Assembly: GCA_036387255.1 (NCBI GenBank)
Contig: DASVUC010000183.1
Coordinates: 10,973-74,972, forward strand
DNA: 64,000 nucleotides
DNA from: Tepidisphaeraceae bacterium
GTDB taxonomy: Bacteria; Planctomycetota; Phycisphaerae; Tepidisphaerales; Tepidisphaeraceae
Direction: 5' to 3'
In this document: in pieces, positions 25,011 to 33,515 of the stretch
How positions within the stretch are numbered: position 1 is the first letter of the stretch
How the letters are laid out: each line of letters opens with the position of its first letter
The notes under the pieces: generated by a model
Seen by the model: the letters and a program-made list of their open reading frames with translations, nothing else
Database searches by the model: none
What the model was told of the DNA's origin: nothing
Translations under genes and position numbers: made by a program

Positions 25011-27422
25011 TCATCGACCGCCGCCTTGGTGGCGGAAGCGTTTGCCGCCGGGTCGTTTCTTTCGGGATTGTCCGCCTCGCATGACCTGCCCTTGGCCGCG
25101 GCGGGTCTTCATCTTGTTCTTCTCGTGCTTGGAAAACTTCTTTTTGCCTCCCCCACCGCCGCCTTCCGGCCCATCCTGTGAGGGTTTGCGCGCTCGGCTC
25201 TTGATCTCCTTCACCGCGAGGTTCAGTTCGCGGCGTGCGATGTCGACCTTCACGACGTACACCTCGGCCACGTCGCCGATGCCCATTCGCGTGCCGGTGC
25301 GCTGACCGCGGATCTGGCCACGCTCTTCGTCGACGTCCCACCAGTCGTCCATGAGGTCTTCGTAGCGAATCAGTCCATCGATGAGGTAGGTCTGAAGCTG
25401 AATGAAGATCCCGAAGTTGGTGATGCCGGTGATGGTGCCGGTGAACACTTCACCGATGTGGTCCTTGAGGAGGGTGAGGACCTTGACCTGGCGAAGCTCG
25501 CGCTCGGCGTCTTCGCTGCGGCGTTCGGTGAAGGAGATGTGGCGGCCAAGCTCTACGAGGTCGTCGTAGCTCGGTACGTCATCGAGGATGATCTTCCCGC
25601 GTCGGCGGCCGCCCTTTCGCTGTTTCGTTCCATCCAGACCGCCCCCGCCTGCATCGAAGTAGGTATCGAGCAAGCGGTGAATCGTCAGGTCGGCGTAGCG
25701 CCGAATGGGACTTGTGAAGTGGCAGTAGTTTTCGCTGGCCAGCGCAAAGTGCCCGATCTGCTCAGGAGAATACTCCGCGCGAGAGAGGCTCTTGAGGATC
25801 GCGAGGTTGATTGCGAATGATTCGGGACGGCCTCGCACCGCTTCGAGCACCTGCTGAAGCGCCTTGCGGTCCATGTCCTTGGGCAACTTGTGGCCGGAAA
25901 CCTGCACGAACTGGCGAAGCCGATCCGAATCCTGCACTTCCGGCTCCGGGTGCGTTCGGCGAAGGAACGGCACCTCCAGCGAATCGAGCAGGCGCGCCAC
26001 CGCTTCGTTCGCCTCCACCATGAACATTTCGATGAGCGTGTGGGTGAAGCTCGTATCCTCGGGGACCGCGTCCACCACCTTACCGTCCTCATCGAGCACC
26101 AGATCGACCTGGGGCAGTTCGAGCACGAGCTGGCCGTCATGCCGACGGCGCTTCTGGATGCGCTTGGCCAGATCGTTCATCTGATCCAGCAATTCGACCA
26201 CCTCCGTGGGATAATCCGAGAGTTGCCGCGCGCCATCCGGATGCGGAATCTCGCGCGTGCGATCGATGATCGCCTGTGCCTCGGTATAGCGCAGACGCCG
26301 GGCGCTCTTGATAATGGTGTTGGCGAAGCGCGTGCGGATCGGTCGGGCGTCGTCATCGAGCGTAATGAACGCGCTCTTGCAGAGCCGGGGCACCCCTTCC
26401 TGAAGGGAGCAGACGCCGTTGCTGAGGATCTCCGGGAGCATGGGTATGACGAAGCCCGGGAAGTAGGTGCTGTTGCCGCGCTTGGTGGCTTCATCGTCGA
26501 GGGGAGTACCCTCTTTTACGAAGTAAGAGACATCGGCGATGTGGACGCCAAGCTCCCAGTATGCGCCTTCGACCTGACGAAGGGATATCGCGTCGTCGTA
26601 GTCCTTGGCATCATCCGGGTCGATGGTGCAGATGATCTCGTCCGTCAGATCGAGACGGCGGTGCCGCTCTTCTTCAGGATCGAAGGTATCGACCGATTCT
26701 CGCGCCTGGGCCAGCACCTCATCCGGAAACTTCTCCGGCAACTGATGCTGGACGATGACGCTCTTCAGATCAACGTCCTTCTCGCCGGCTTCACCAAGCA
26801 CTTCGGTGATGACGCCCTGGGGACGAGCGCCTTCTTCGGGGTAGACCGTGAGATCGACGACGACCTTCGTGCCGGGGCGGACGTGCCGACCGGCGGCATC
26901 GGGCGTGGAGATGGGTTCGGTAAAGGTGTTGCCATCGGGCAGCACGAACCACTGGCCGTGCTGCTTGACCAGGGTGCCGGCAAACCGCTTGTTCTTGCGC
27001 TCGAGGATCTCGGTGATACGGCCTTCGTAAATCGTCTTACCATCGCGCTGGCCGCGCGACGTGATCTTGGCGCGGACGACATCCCCGGTCATCGCACCCA
27101 TGTTCTCGCCAGGAGGGATGAAGAGATCTTCGCGGCTGGAGGGGTCGTTGGGGACGACGAAGCCGAACCCCCGCCGATTGTGGCGATACGTGCCGAGAAA
27201 TTCGTCTCGCCCGATCTTCTGCGTTGGGGTAATGACGGCGCCGCGTGCGCCCAGGATCACGCGACCCTGGTGCATCAATTCGCGCAGCGCTTCCCGAAAG
27301 GTCGGGTACTGCTCTTCGCTGGCCATGTTGAGTTCGCGCGCCAGTTTCCGCGGCCGCTTGGGCGAATACTCTTCCGACTTCACCGTCGAGAGAATCTGCT
27401 GCTTGATCCGTTCTTCTGCCAT
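25011..27422 (-). CDS. rnr: Ribonuclease R
   Basis: 803 aa with an N-terminal HTH/CSD region, an RNB core (DPDDAKDYDDAIS, YFPGFVIPMLPE), an S1 domain and a basic K/R/G tail. Confidence 0.92.
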   Translation of the reverse strand: MAEERIKQQILSTVKSEEYSPKRPRKLARELNMASEEQYPTFREALRELMHQGRVILGARGAVITPTQKIGRDEFLGTYRHNRRGFGFVVPNDPSSREDLFIPPGENMGAMTGDVVRAKITSRGQRDGKTIYEGRITEILERKNKRFAGTLVKQHGQWFVLPDGNTFTEPISTPDAAGRHVRPGTKVVVDLTVYPEEGARPQGVITEVLGEAGEKDVDLKSVIVQHQLPEKFPDEVLAQARESVDTFDPEEERHRRLDLTDEIICTIDPDDAKDYDDAISLRQVEGAYWELGVHIADVSYFVKEGTPLDDEATKRGNSTYFPGFVIPMLPEILSNGVCSLQEGVPRLCKSAFITLDDDARPIRTRFANTIIKSARRLRYTEAQAIIDRTREIPHPDGARQLSDYPTEVVELLDQMNDLAKRIQKRRRHDGQLVLELPQVDLVLDEDGKVVDAVPEDTSFTHTLIEMFMVEANEAVARLLDSLEVPFLRRTHPEPEVQDSDRLRQFVQVSGHKLPKDMDRKALQQVLEAVRGRPESFAINLAILKSLSRAEYSPEQIGHFALASENYCHFTSPIRRYADLTIHRLLDTYFDAGGGGLDGTKQRKGGRRRGKIILDDVPSYDDLVELGRHISFTERRSEDAERELRQVKVLTLLKDHIGEVFTGTITGITNFGIFIQLQTYLIDGLIRYEDLMDDWWDVDEERGQIRGQRTGTRMGIGDVAEVYVVKVDIARRELNLAVKEIKSRARKPSQDGPEGGGGGGKKKFSKHEKNKMKTRRGQGQVMRGGQSRKKRPGGKRFRHQGGGR

Positions 27423-27626
27423 ATTGCTTTCCGCCGACGCTCAAAGGGCGTGGCTCTGTGCGCCGCAGCGGAACACTCGTCCGCAAATCGTGCGCAAAAC
27501 TGTAATACCGCTAGTCGAGCAATGAGGGGAACTGCCAGATGCGATGAGAAAAGGCGGGAAATATCGATTGATCCTAAAGCCCCTGAAATCGGCCCCGCTG
27601 TCAGTAACTTCGACCCATTATAGCGG

Positions 27627-27652
27627 GAACTTGAGCTAGAGCAAGTTCTTTT
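27627..27652 (+). terminator. Candidate intrinsic-terminator-like hairpin inside a divergent intergenic region
   Basis: GAACTTG (27627..27633) pairs with CAAGTTC (27642..27648) around an 8-nt loop, followed by TTTT. The local sequence is AT-rich. Confidence 0.3.
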
Positions 27653-27742
27653 ACTCTTTGCCCGCCCCGGCGCGCTCGCCTGCACTGGGGGAACCGCCTA
27701 CACTGTTGCTCGTTTTTCTGAGACGAATGCGAGCCTGATTTC

Positions 27743-29179
27743 ATGCCTGATGATTCGAAGTCTGTAGAGAATCCGGTGGCGTACGAGCAGCCGGACGGTG
27801 AGCGCCCCGCCTCCGCGAGTCCGACGGAAACCACACTTGAAGCTGAATCCACAACCGCGGGACACGACCCCTACGCCGCCCTGCGTTATCGGGATTATCG
27901 CGTTTTCTCAATTGCCTGGATGGTCTCGGTTATCGGCAACCAAATGACGGCTGCCGCGCTGGGATGGGAACTGTTCGACCGCACACGCAATGAACTGAAC
28001 CTCGGTTGGATTGGAGGCGTGCAGGCGATCCCCCTGCTGCTGCTGGCGCTCCCGGCCGGCGCGTTGGCGGACTATGTGGATCGCCGCCGGATTATGACCG
28101 TCACCAGTACGCTCGCTGCCATCACCAGCATCGGCTTTGCGGTCATGTCCTACAGCACCCACCCTCACTACCTCTGGATTATGTACGGGCTGCTGCTGCT
28201 GAACAGCACCTTCATGGTGCTGGGGCGGCCGGCGAGATCGAGCTTTTTGCCGACGATCGTACCGCCCAAGATCTTCTCCAACGCTGTGACGTGGAACGCC
28301 TCCTTTTACCAGACGGCGACGGTGGTGGGCCCGGCCTTGGCGGGGCTGGTGATCACGTACAGCCTGAGGCACTTCAACAACGTTCGGCCGATCTACGTCG
28401 TCGATGCCGTTTGCGCACTGATCTTCGCCGGCACGATGTTCATCCTGCCCCCGCCGCGATACGGCGATTTTGAGAAACGCGCCAGCTCGGAAGATTCCGC
28501 ATTTGAGCGCCTGACTGCGGGGCTTCATTTCGTGTGGCGAACCAAGATTGTGCTGGCGACGCTGACGCTGGATCTATTCGCGGTGCTGCTGGGCGGTGCG
28601 GTTTATCTGCTGCCGGTTTTTGCGAAAGAAATCCTGAACGTCGGCTCATGGGGCTTCGGGTGGCTGCGGGCGGCAGATGCAATGGGCGCCATCACGTGCG
28701 CGATTCTCATTGCCCACACGCCGCCGATGAAGAAGGCCGGGCGGGCGATGCTGCTTGCCGTGGGCGCCTTTGGGCTTGCAACGATCGGGTTCGGTTTGTC
28801 GCGGAACTTCTTCCTCTCGTTCCTGATGGTGTTCCTCATCGGAGCATTCGACAACATTTCAGTGGTCGTTCGACATACCCTCGTGCAGGTGCTGACGCCG
28901 GATGCGATGCGAGGGCGGGTCAGCGCCGTCAACAACATCTTCATCGGCGCATCGAACGAGCTTGGAGGGTTGGAGTCGGGTGTGACAGCACGGCTGTTCG
29001 GTCAGCTCGCGCTCGGCATGGGCTGGGCGAGCACCGTCCAAGACTCGAAGGTTTGGGGCGCAACGACCTCGGTGGTCTCCGGCGGGATTGGGACGATCAT
29101 CGTCGTCATCGCGCTTGCGATCGCGTTCCCTGCCGTGCGGAAGTTCGGCCGGCTCGATCAGGCGCGTCCGGCGAATTGA
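27743..29179 (+). CDS. MFS transporter (EntS/MFS_3-like)
   Basis: 478 aa with about 12 hydrophobic helices. The layout RYRDYRVFSIAWMVSVIGNQM...LPAGALADYVDRRRIM is typical of the MFS_3/DUF894 group. Confidence 0.8.
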   Translation: MPDDSKSVENPVAYEQPDGERPASASPTETTLEAESTTAGHDPYAALRYRDYRVFSIAWMVSVIGNQMTAAALGWELFDRTRNELNLGWIGGVQAIPLLLLALPAGALADYVDRRRIMTVTSTLAAITSIGFAVMSYSTHPHYLWIMYGLLLLNSTFMVLGRPARSSFLPTIVPPKIFSNAVTWNASFYQTATVVGPALAGLVITYSLRHFNNVRPIYVVDAVCALIFAGTMFILPPPRYGDFEKRASSEDSAFERLTAGLHFVWRTKIVLATLTLDLFAVLLGGAVYLLPVFAKEILNVGSWGFGWLRAADAMGAITCAILIAHTPPMKKAGRAMLLAVGAFGLATIGFGLSRNFFLSFLMVFLIGAFDNISVVVRHTLVQVLTPDAMRGRVSAVNNIFIGASNELGGLESGVTARLFGQLALGMGWASTVQDSKVWGATTSVVSGGIGTIIVVIALAIAFPAVRKFGRLDQARPAN

Positions 29180-29188
29180 TATCGTGCA

Positions 29189-29464
29189 TTACCGAGTGTT
29201 AAACGCGTCTGTCAGTGGCCGCACCGCTCGTGCCTCGATGGTTCGGCTGCCCGAGTCGTACGAGAACACGCCCACCTGCCCCGTCCGGCTGTCCAGGATG
29301 TAGATGCCATCCCCGCCTGACGGCACCCGTGCCGTCACCACCTGGTAATCGCGTTCCTTCACGCTCACTTGGGCATTGGCGTAATTAGGCACCAGCACGT
29401 TTGCCACCAGCAGCAGCACTGCGGAGATCGACAACAACGTCAGCAAAAGGTTCTTACGGCTCAT
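29189..29464 (-). CDS. Small exported/anchored protein (91 aa), paralog of 29528..29908
   Basis: Signal/anchor sequence LLLTLLSISAVLLLVANVLV. The core DYQVVTARVPSGGDGIYILDSRTGQVGVFSYD aligns with the neighbouring protein. Confidence 0.6.
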   Translation of the reverse strand: MSRKNLLLTLLSISAVLLLVANVLVPNYANAQVSVKERDYQVVTARVPSGGDGIYILDSRTGQVGVFSYDSGSRTIEARAVRPLTDAFNTR

Positions 29465-29527
29465 GGTCGTATCCAGGTTAAGTTGATTGAGTTCACCATC
29501 ACAACAGCACCACGTCGCGGCGACCGC

Positions 29528-29908
29528 TCATCGCGCCCGGGGTGTGCCGCGTCCACCTGTGGTTCCAGTGCCAGTGCCTGTACCGCTTCCTGTGCCGCCG
29601 GCGCCTCCGGTCCCGACTGCGGTGCCCGCGCGTTCAAAGATGCGGTCCAGGTCCAGCGGAGGACTCAGGAAGTCCACGCCCTGCCCGTTGTACGACATCG
29701 CGCTGAGTTGATGATTTCCCACGTCCACCAGGTAGATCACGGAACTGGATCCGCTGGGCAGCGCACCAGGAATCATGATCACGTCCGTTGGCGAACTCCG
29801 CCGCGCGGCTTGCGCGCGGGCGGTGTTATCGGAACTGCCTCGCCACATCAGCGAAACCGCCAGCGCGATGTTCACCACCGCCAACGCCCAGACGAGCTTG
29901 TTCTTCAT
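29528..29908 (-). CDS. Small exported/anchored protein (126 aa) with a Gly/Thr-rich tail, paralog of 29189..29464
   Basis: GAGGAG SD lies 6 nt upstream of ATG 29908. Anchor LVWALAVVNIALAVSLM, core DVIMIPGALPSGSSSVIYLVDVGNHQLSAMSYN, tail GTGGAGGTGSGTGTGTGTTGG. Confidence 0.65.
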   Translation of the reverse strand: MKNKLVWALAVVNIALAVSLMWRGSSDNTARAQAARRSSPTDVIMIPGALPSGSSSVIYLVDVGNHQLSAMSYNGQGVDFLSPPLDLDRIFERAGTAVGTGGAGGTGSGTGTGTGTTGGRGTPRAR

Positions 29909-29986
29909 GGCAGACTCCTCAGTTGTCGTATGTGATCGGTCATTGATCGCGCAGTATGACCCACGCGAGGGTGATTGATCAACGGG

Positions 29987-30235
29987 CTAATCGAGGTGCG
30001 AGCGCTTGGCGTCCTTGAACAGACCGCCGAAGACCATGCCGCCGAAGATGATCAGGAGCACCCAGGTCATCCCTGACGAACGGCTGTCGAGCGTCACATT
30101 CGTGGGATATCCCTCAAGGCGAGCATCGACAGGCTCACGCTCCGGCTCGTTCGACCGCGCCAGCGCCCCCGCGGGCAGCGCCAGCACGACCGTCAGCAGC
30201 ACACGTCCCAGCCAATGCATCCCGTTGCTCTTCAT
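29987..30235 (-). CDS. Small protein with an N-terminal signal peptide and a C-terminal TM helix
   Basis: MKSNGMHWLGRVLLTVVLALPAGALA...MTWVLLIIFGGMVFGGLF-KDAKRSHLD. The start is uncertain: ATG 30235, ATG 30220, or the track start at 30292. Confidence 0.45.
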   Translation of the reverse strand: MKSNGMHWLGRVLLTVVLALPAGALARSNEPEREPVDARLEGYPTNVTLDSRSSGMTWVLLIIFGGMVFGGLFKDAKRSHLD

Positions 30236-30386
30236 ATCCCGATCATACCCCGCTTGGAACCGGCCCGGCAAGTTTACGTCCCCCGGCCGCACTCGCTTCT
30301 AGCCTGGCTGTGTCCGCAGTTTTGCCCGTTCCTTTCCGGGAAGCTTCCCAGTCATCATTCACCTTCCCGCAGATCCTGGAGAACTG

Positions 30387-31664
30387 ATGCATTTGCGAAC
30401 GCTGCTGATTGTTACTCTTGCCGGCTTTCTCTCCACATTTGCTCAGGCTCAGAGTCTGACAGACTCGAGTCTCAGCTTGAGTCCTTTGATGTCCGGGCTG
30501 AGTACGCCGACAGGCTTCGCGTTCGCGGGGCCCAGCACGAGCCAGCTCTTTGCGATCGAGAAGAACACAGGCCTCGTGAAGTTCAAGAGCGGCGCAGCGG
30601 TGACGACGGCGCTGGATCTCAACGTGAACACGGTCTCGGAGCGGGGACTGCTGGGAATTGCGGTGCCGCCGACGTTTTCGACGGATACGACCAAGTACGT
30701 GTATCTCTATTACTCTGCGAATGCGACCGCTGGGGATTCCAGCGTGGATGCGAATTGGGCGGGGAACAAGCTTTCACGGTTCGTTTGGAACGGATCGACG
30801 CTTTCTTCGGAGCAGAACCTGTTCACCATCGCGCCCACCTCCGCGGGCAACGGGCCGAACCACGACGCGGGGCCGATCACGTTTGGACCGGATGGAAAGC
30901 TCTACGGAACGCTTGGGGACCTGAATCGCAACCTCGCAGAGCAGAACAACCAGACTGCGGCTAATACTTCTTCACAGGTGGGAGGGATCTATCGGCTCAA
31001 TCCGGACGGCTCGATTCCCGCTGACAATCCGTTTGCAAACAATGCCAATCCGGACTTCCGCAAGTTTTACGCGTACGGCGTGCGCAATACTTTCGGGTTT
31101 CAATTCGATGCGCGCACCAACCGGCTGTGGGACACTGAGAACGGGCCAAATACTTACGATGAGATCAACCTCGTTGCGCCGGGATTTAATTCCGGGTGGA
31201 ACAAGATCATGGGGCCCGACTCGCGCGACCCACAAAACGCTCCGGCGGACCTGGTCGTGCTTCCGGGGTCGATTTATTCGGACCCAGAGTTTTCATGGAA
31301 CACAACGGTGGCGCCGACGGGGCTGGAGTTTCTCGGGGCAGCCGGGAATGATCCGGCTTACCGGGACCTGCTGATTGTCGCTGACAACAACACGGGGCAG
31401 CTTTGGAAGTTCACGCTGAATGCGAGCCGGGATGGGTTTGTGTTGCCGGGGAACCTGGCGGATCTGGTGCTGGATTCGGGGGATTCGACCTCCGGGTTAA
31501 TCTTCGGATCGGGGTTCTTCGCTTCGCAGCTTGATGTGGGTCCGGATGGCGCGCTGTACGTGGCGAGCCTGAGCACGGGCACGATCTATCGAATCGCGGG
31601 TGTGCCTGAGCCATCGTTCTTAACGATGCTGGCGGTGTTGCTGCTGTTTCCGCGGCGGAGGTAA
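30387..31664 (+). CDS. PQQ-dependent sugar (glucose/sorbosone) dehydrogenase-like beta-propeller with a PEP-CTERM sorting tail
   Basis: Signal peptide MHLRTLLIVTLAGFLSTFAQA. Motifs: ERGLLGIAVPP, GPNHDAGPITFGPDGKLY, YAYGVRNTFGFQFD, GFNSGW. C-terminus VPEPSFLTMLAVLLLFPRRR gives the PEP motif, a TM helix and a basic end. Confidence 0.8.
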   Translation: MHLRTLLIVTLAGFLSTFAQAQSLTDSSLSLSPLMSGLSTPTGFAFAGPSTSQLFAIEKNTGLVKFKSGAAVTTALDLNVNTVSERGLLGIAVPPTFSTDTTKYVYLYYSANATAGDSSVDANWAGNKLSRFVWNGSTLSSEQNLFTIAPTSAGNGPNHDAGPITFGPDGKLYGTLGDLNRNLAEQNNQTAANTSSQVGGIYRLNPDGSIPADNPFANNANPDFRKFYAYGVRNTFGFQFDARTNRLWDTENGPNTYDEINLVAPGFNSGWNKIMGPDSRDPQNAPADLVVLPGSIYSDPEFSWNTTVAPTGLEFLGAAGNDPAYRDLLIVADNNTGQLWKFTLNASRDGFVLPGNLADLVLDSGDSTSGLIFGSGFFASQLDVGPDGALYVASLSTGTIYRIAGVPEPSFLTMLAVLLLFPRRR

Positions 31665-31700
31665 TCGACGCGGCCCATCGCACCGGACATACTCGGGGAC

Positions 31701-33419
31701 ATGAAGGTCATTGAGAATGAGAATTTGCCCACGGCGAAGAAGATTGCAACGCCGTCGGTGCGGACGCTGGTGGGGTATACTCGGCGGGTGATTCATCTTG
31801 GCGACGGGCACACGCTTGCCGTGTTTTCGTACAGTCATTCCGCCCCCGCGAACTGGTTGTTTCTGATCGACGGGCGGGATTTATCGAGCCGGCGATTCGC
31901 GATTCCCAACAACGATATCGCCTCGCACAGCGCCGCGCTGGGGAGCGATGGGAACATCTACATCATGCCGTACGAGCACGGGCGGGCGTACCGGTTCGAC
32001 GTGGCGCGGGAGACGTTCACGCCCATCGACGTGCCAGGGCTTCCACCAGGCGAGTTGACGTGGGATGCGCTGGGCGCACCGGATGGGTGTATCTACTTCG
32101 GCACGTACCCGAATGCTTGCCTGGCGCGGTATGACATTGCAACGGGAAAGACGAGGGTCTGGCCGCACGTGGCGCCGAAGACTTCGTATGTGACAGGGTT
32201 TGCGGCTGATGGTGATGGAGTGCGCTGCAAGGCTTGGGGCGAAGACAACGTCTGGCTGCGCATCAACAAAACAGCCGAGCAGCCAACGCGGATTGCGTCA
32301 CCCTTCAGCAGCACGACCGGACCTACGAGGAAGCCGGTGTTTGTTCATCCGGAGCTGGCCGAGCCGGCATGGACGGAGAAAGTGGAGGGGGCGGAAATCA
32401 CGATCGGGCATTATGGAAAACTTCATCGGAAGGATGCATCGGGGAAAGTTACGACGAGCAAGCTCGATAATGGGAGCCCGGGGGGAAATGCGGTCATGTT
32501 TATCGAGGCGGTGACGCCGACGTGCGTGATCGGGACGAACTACAGTCAGCAGAACCTCTTTCGGTTGGATCCGACGACGGGGAAGGTGGAGGAAGCGCCG
32601 GACATGGTGGCGCGGACACCGGGGGAGCCGATGTGCGCGGTGGCGCTGAACGGGAAGGCGTACATTGGCATTTACATTCACTCGCTGCTGAGCGTGTACG
32701 ACCCGGAGAAGCCATTTAAGTTTCAGGAAAATCCGCGCGAGCTGGCGGAGCTGCACACGCAATATGCGCAGACGCGGCCGGACGGGGCGACGACGGATGG
32801 GAAGCTGGTGTTCATCTCCAACCAGTCGGACTACGGCAAGCCTGCCAGCGGCACGCTGGCGGTAATCGATCCCCGCGGCGGCGCAGGGGCGGAAAAGGTG
32901 GATGCCTATCCCGAGCTGATCAAGGGACAGAACCTTGGGCCGCTGGCGTACGATGCGAAGAGCGGGCTGGTTTGGGGAGGGAGCAATCGGTGGGGGCAGA
33001 TGCGCGCAACCTCCCCTACCGCACCGTCGGCTGTGATCTACGCTTTTGATCCTGCGAAGCGGAAGGTGGTGTGCACGCTGACGCCTTGGGAGGGGGCGGA
33101 TGTGGTGACGGTGCTGGGATCTGCGGCGGATGGGGTTGTGGCGGCCACGTGCAACGGGCAGGTGACGCTGGTGGATACGGTGAAGCGCACGGCGGCAAAT
33201 CCGGTGGCTTGGCCGGTGCCGGTGCCGACGTATCTGCGGCGCGGGGCGGATGGACGGGCGTATTTTGCTTCTGGAGATCGGCTCTGGCGGTGGGATGTGG
33301 AGCGGGACGAGGTGACGGCGGTGGCCGTCGCGGGTGGGTGTACGATGGTGACGGAGGCATCCCCCGGGGTTTGGGTGTTGGCGGATTCCACCTCGGCTTA
33401 CCGCGTAGAGGTGAAGTGA
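31701..33419 (+). CDS. Hypothetical protein, probably beta-propeller-like (572 aa)
   Basis: Repeated G..Y/W-containing beta-strand blocks (DGNIYIMPY, DGCIYFGTY, NGKAYIGIY, DGRAYFASG). No signal peptide and no family recognised. Confidence 0.5.
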   Translation: MKVIENENLPTAKKIATPSVRTLVGYTRRVIHLGDGHTLAVFSYSHSAPANWLFLIDGRDLSSRRFAIPNNDIASHSAALGSDGNIYIMPYEHGRAYRFDVARETFTPIDVPGLPPGELTWDALGAPDGCIYFGTYPNACLARYDIATGKTRVWPHVAPKTSYVTGFAADGDGVRCKAWGEDNVWLRINKTAEQPTRIASPFSSTTGPTRKPVFVHPELAEPAWTEKVEGAEITIGHYGKLHRKDASGKVTTSKLDNGSPGGNAVMFIEAVTPTCVIGTNYSQQNLFRLDPTTGKVEEAPDMVARTPGEPMCAVALNGKAYIGIYIHSLLSVYDPEKPFKFQENPRELAELHTQYAQTRPDGATTDGKLVFISNQSDYGKPASGTLAVIDPRGGAGAEKVDAYPELIKGQNLGPLAYDAKSGLVWGGSNRWGQMRATSPTAPSAVIYAFDPAKRKVVCTLTPWEGADVVTVLGSAADGVVAATCNGQVTLVDTVKRTAANPVAWPVPVPTYLRRGADGRAYFASGDRLWRWDVERDEVTAVAVAGGCTMVTEASPGVWVLADSTSAYRVEVK

Positions 33420-33476
33420 GATTTCCCGGGGACGTCATCGAGGTTGTGGCGAGAGATGGGGGGGCTTGCTGTCAAA

Positions 33477-33515
33477 CCCTCACCCCTGCCCTCTCCCAGG
33501 TACGGGAGAGGGAGG
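33477..33515. repeat. Copy 2 of the dispersed palindromic element
   Basis: Sequence ccctcacccctgccctctcccaggtacgggagagggagg. A 9-bp stem pairs ccctctccc with gggagaggg. It lies between convergent genes and overlaps the last codons of the aminotransferase ORF. Confidence 0.75.

Noticed and set aside
29540-29610. A GC-rich short tandem repeat (ggtncc/agtgcc-type) region.
   Set aside because: It simply encodes the (G/T)n low-complexity tail of the 126-aa exported protein and is not an independent repeat feature.
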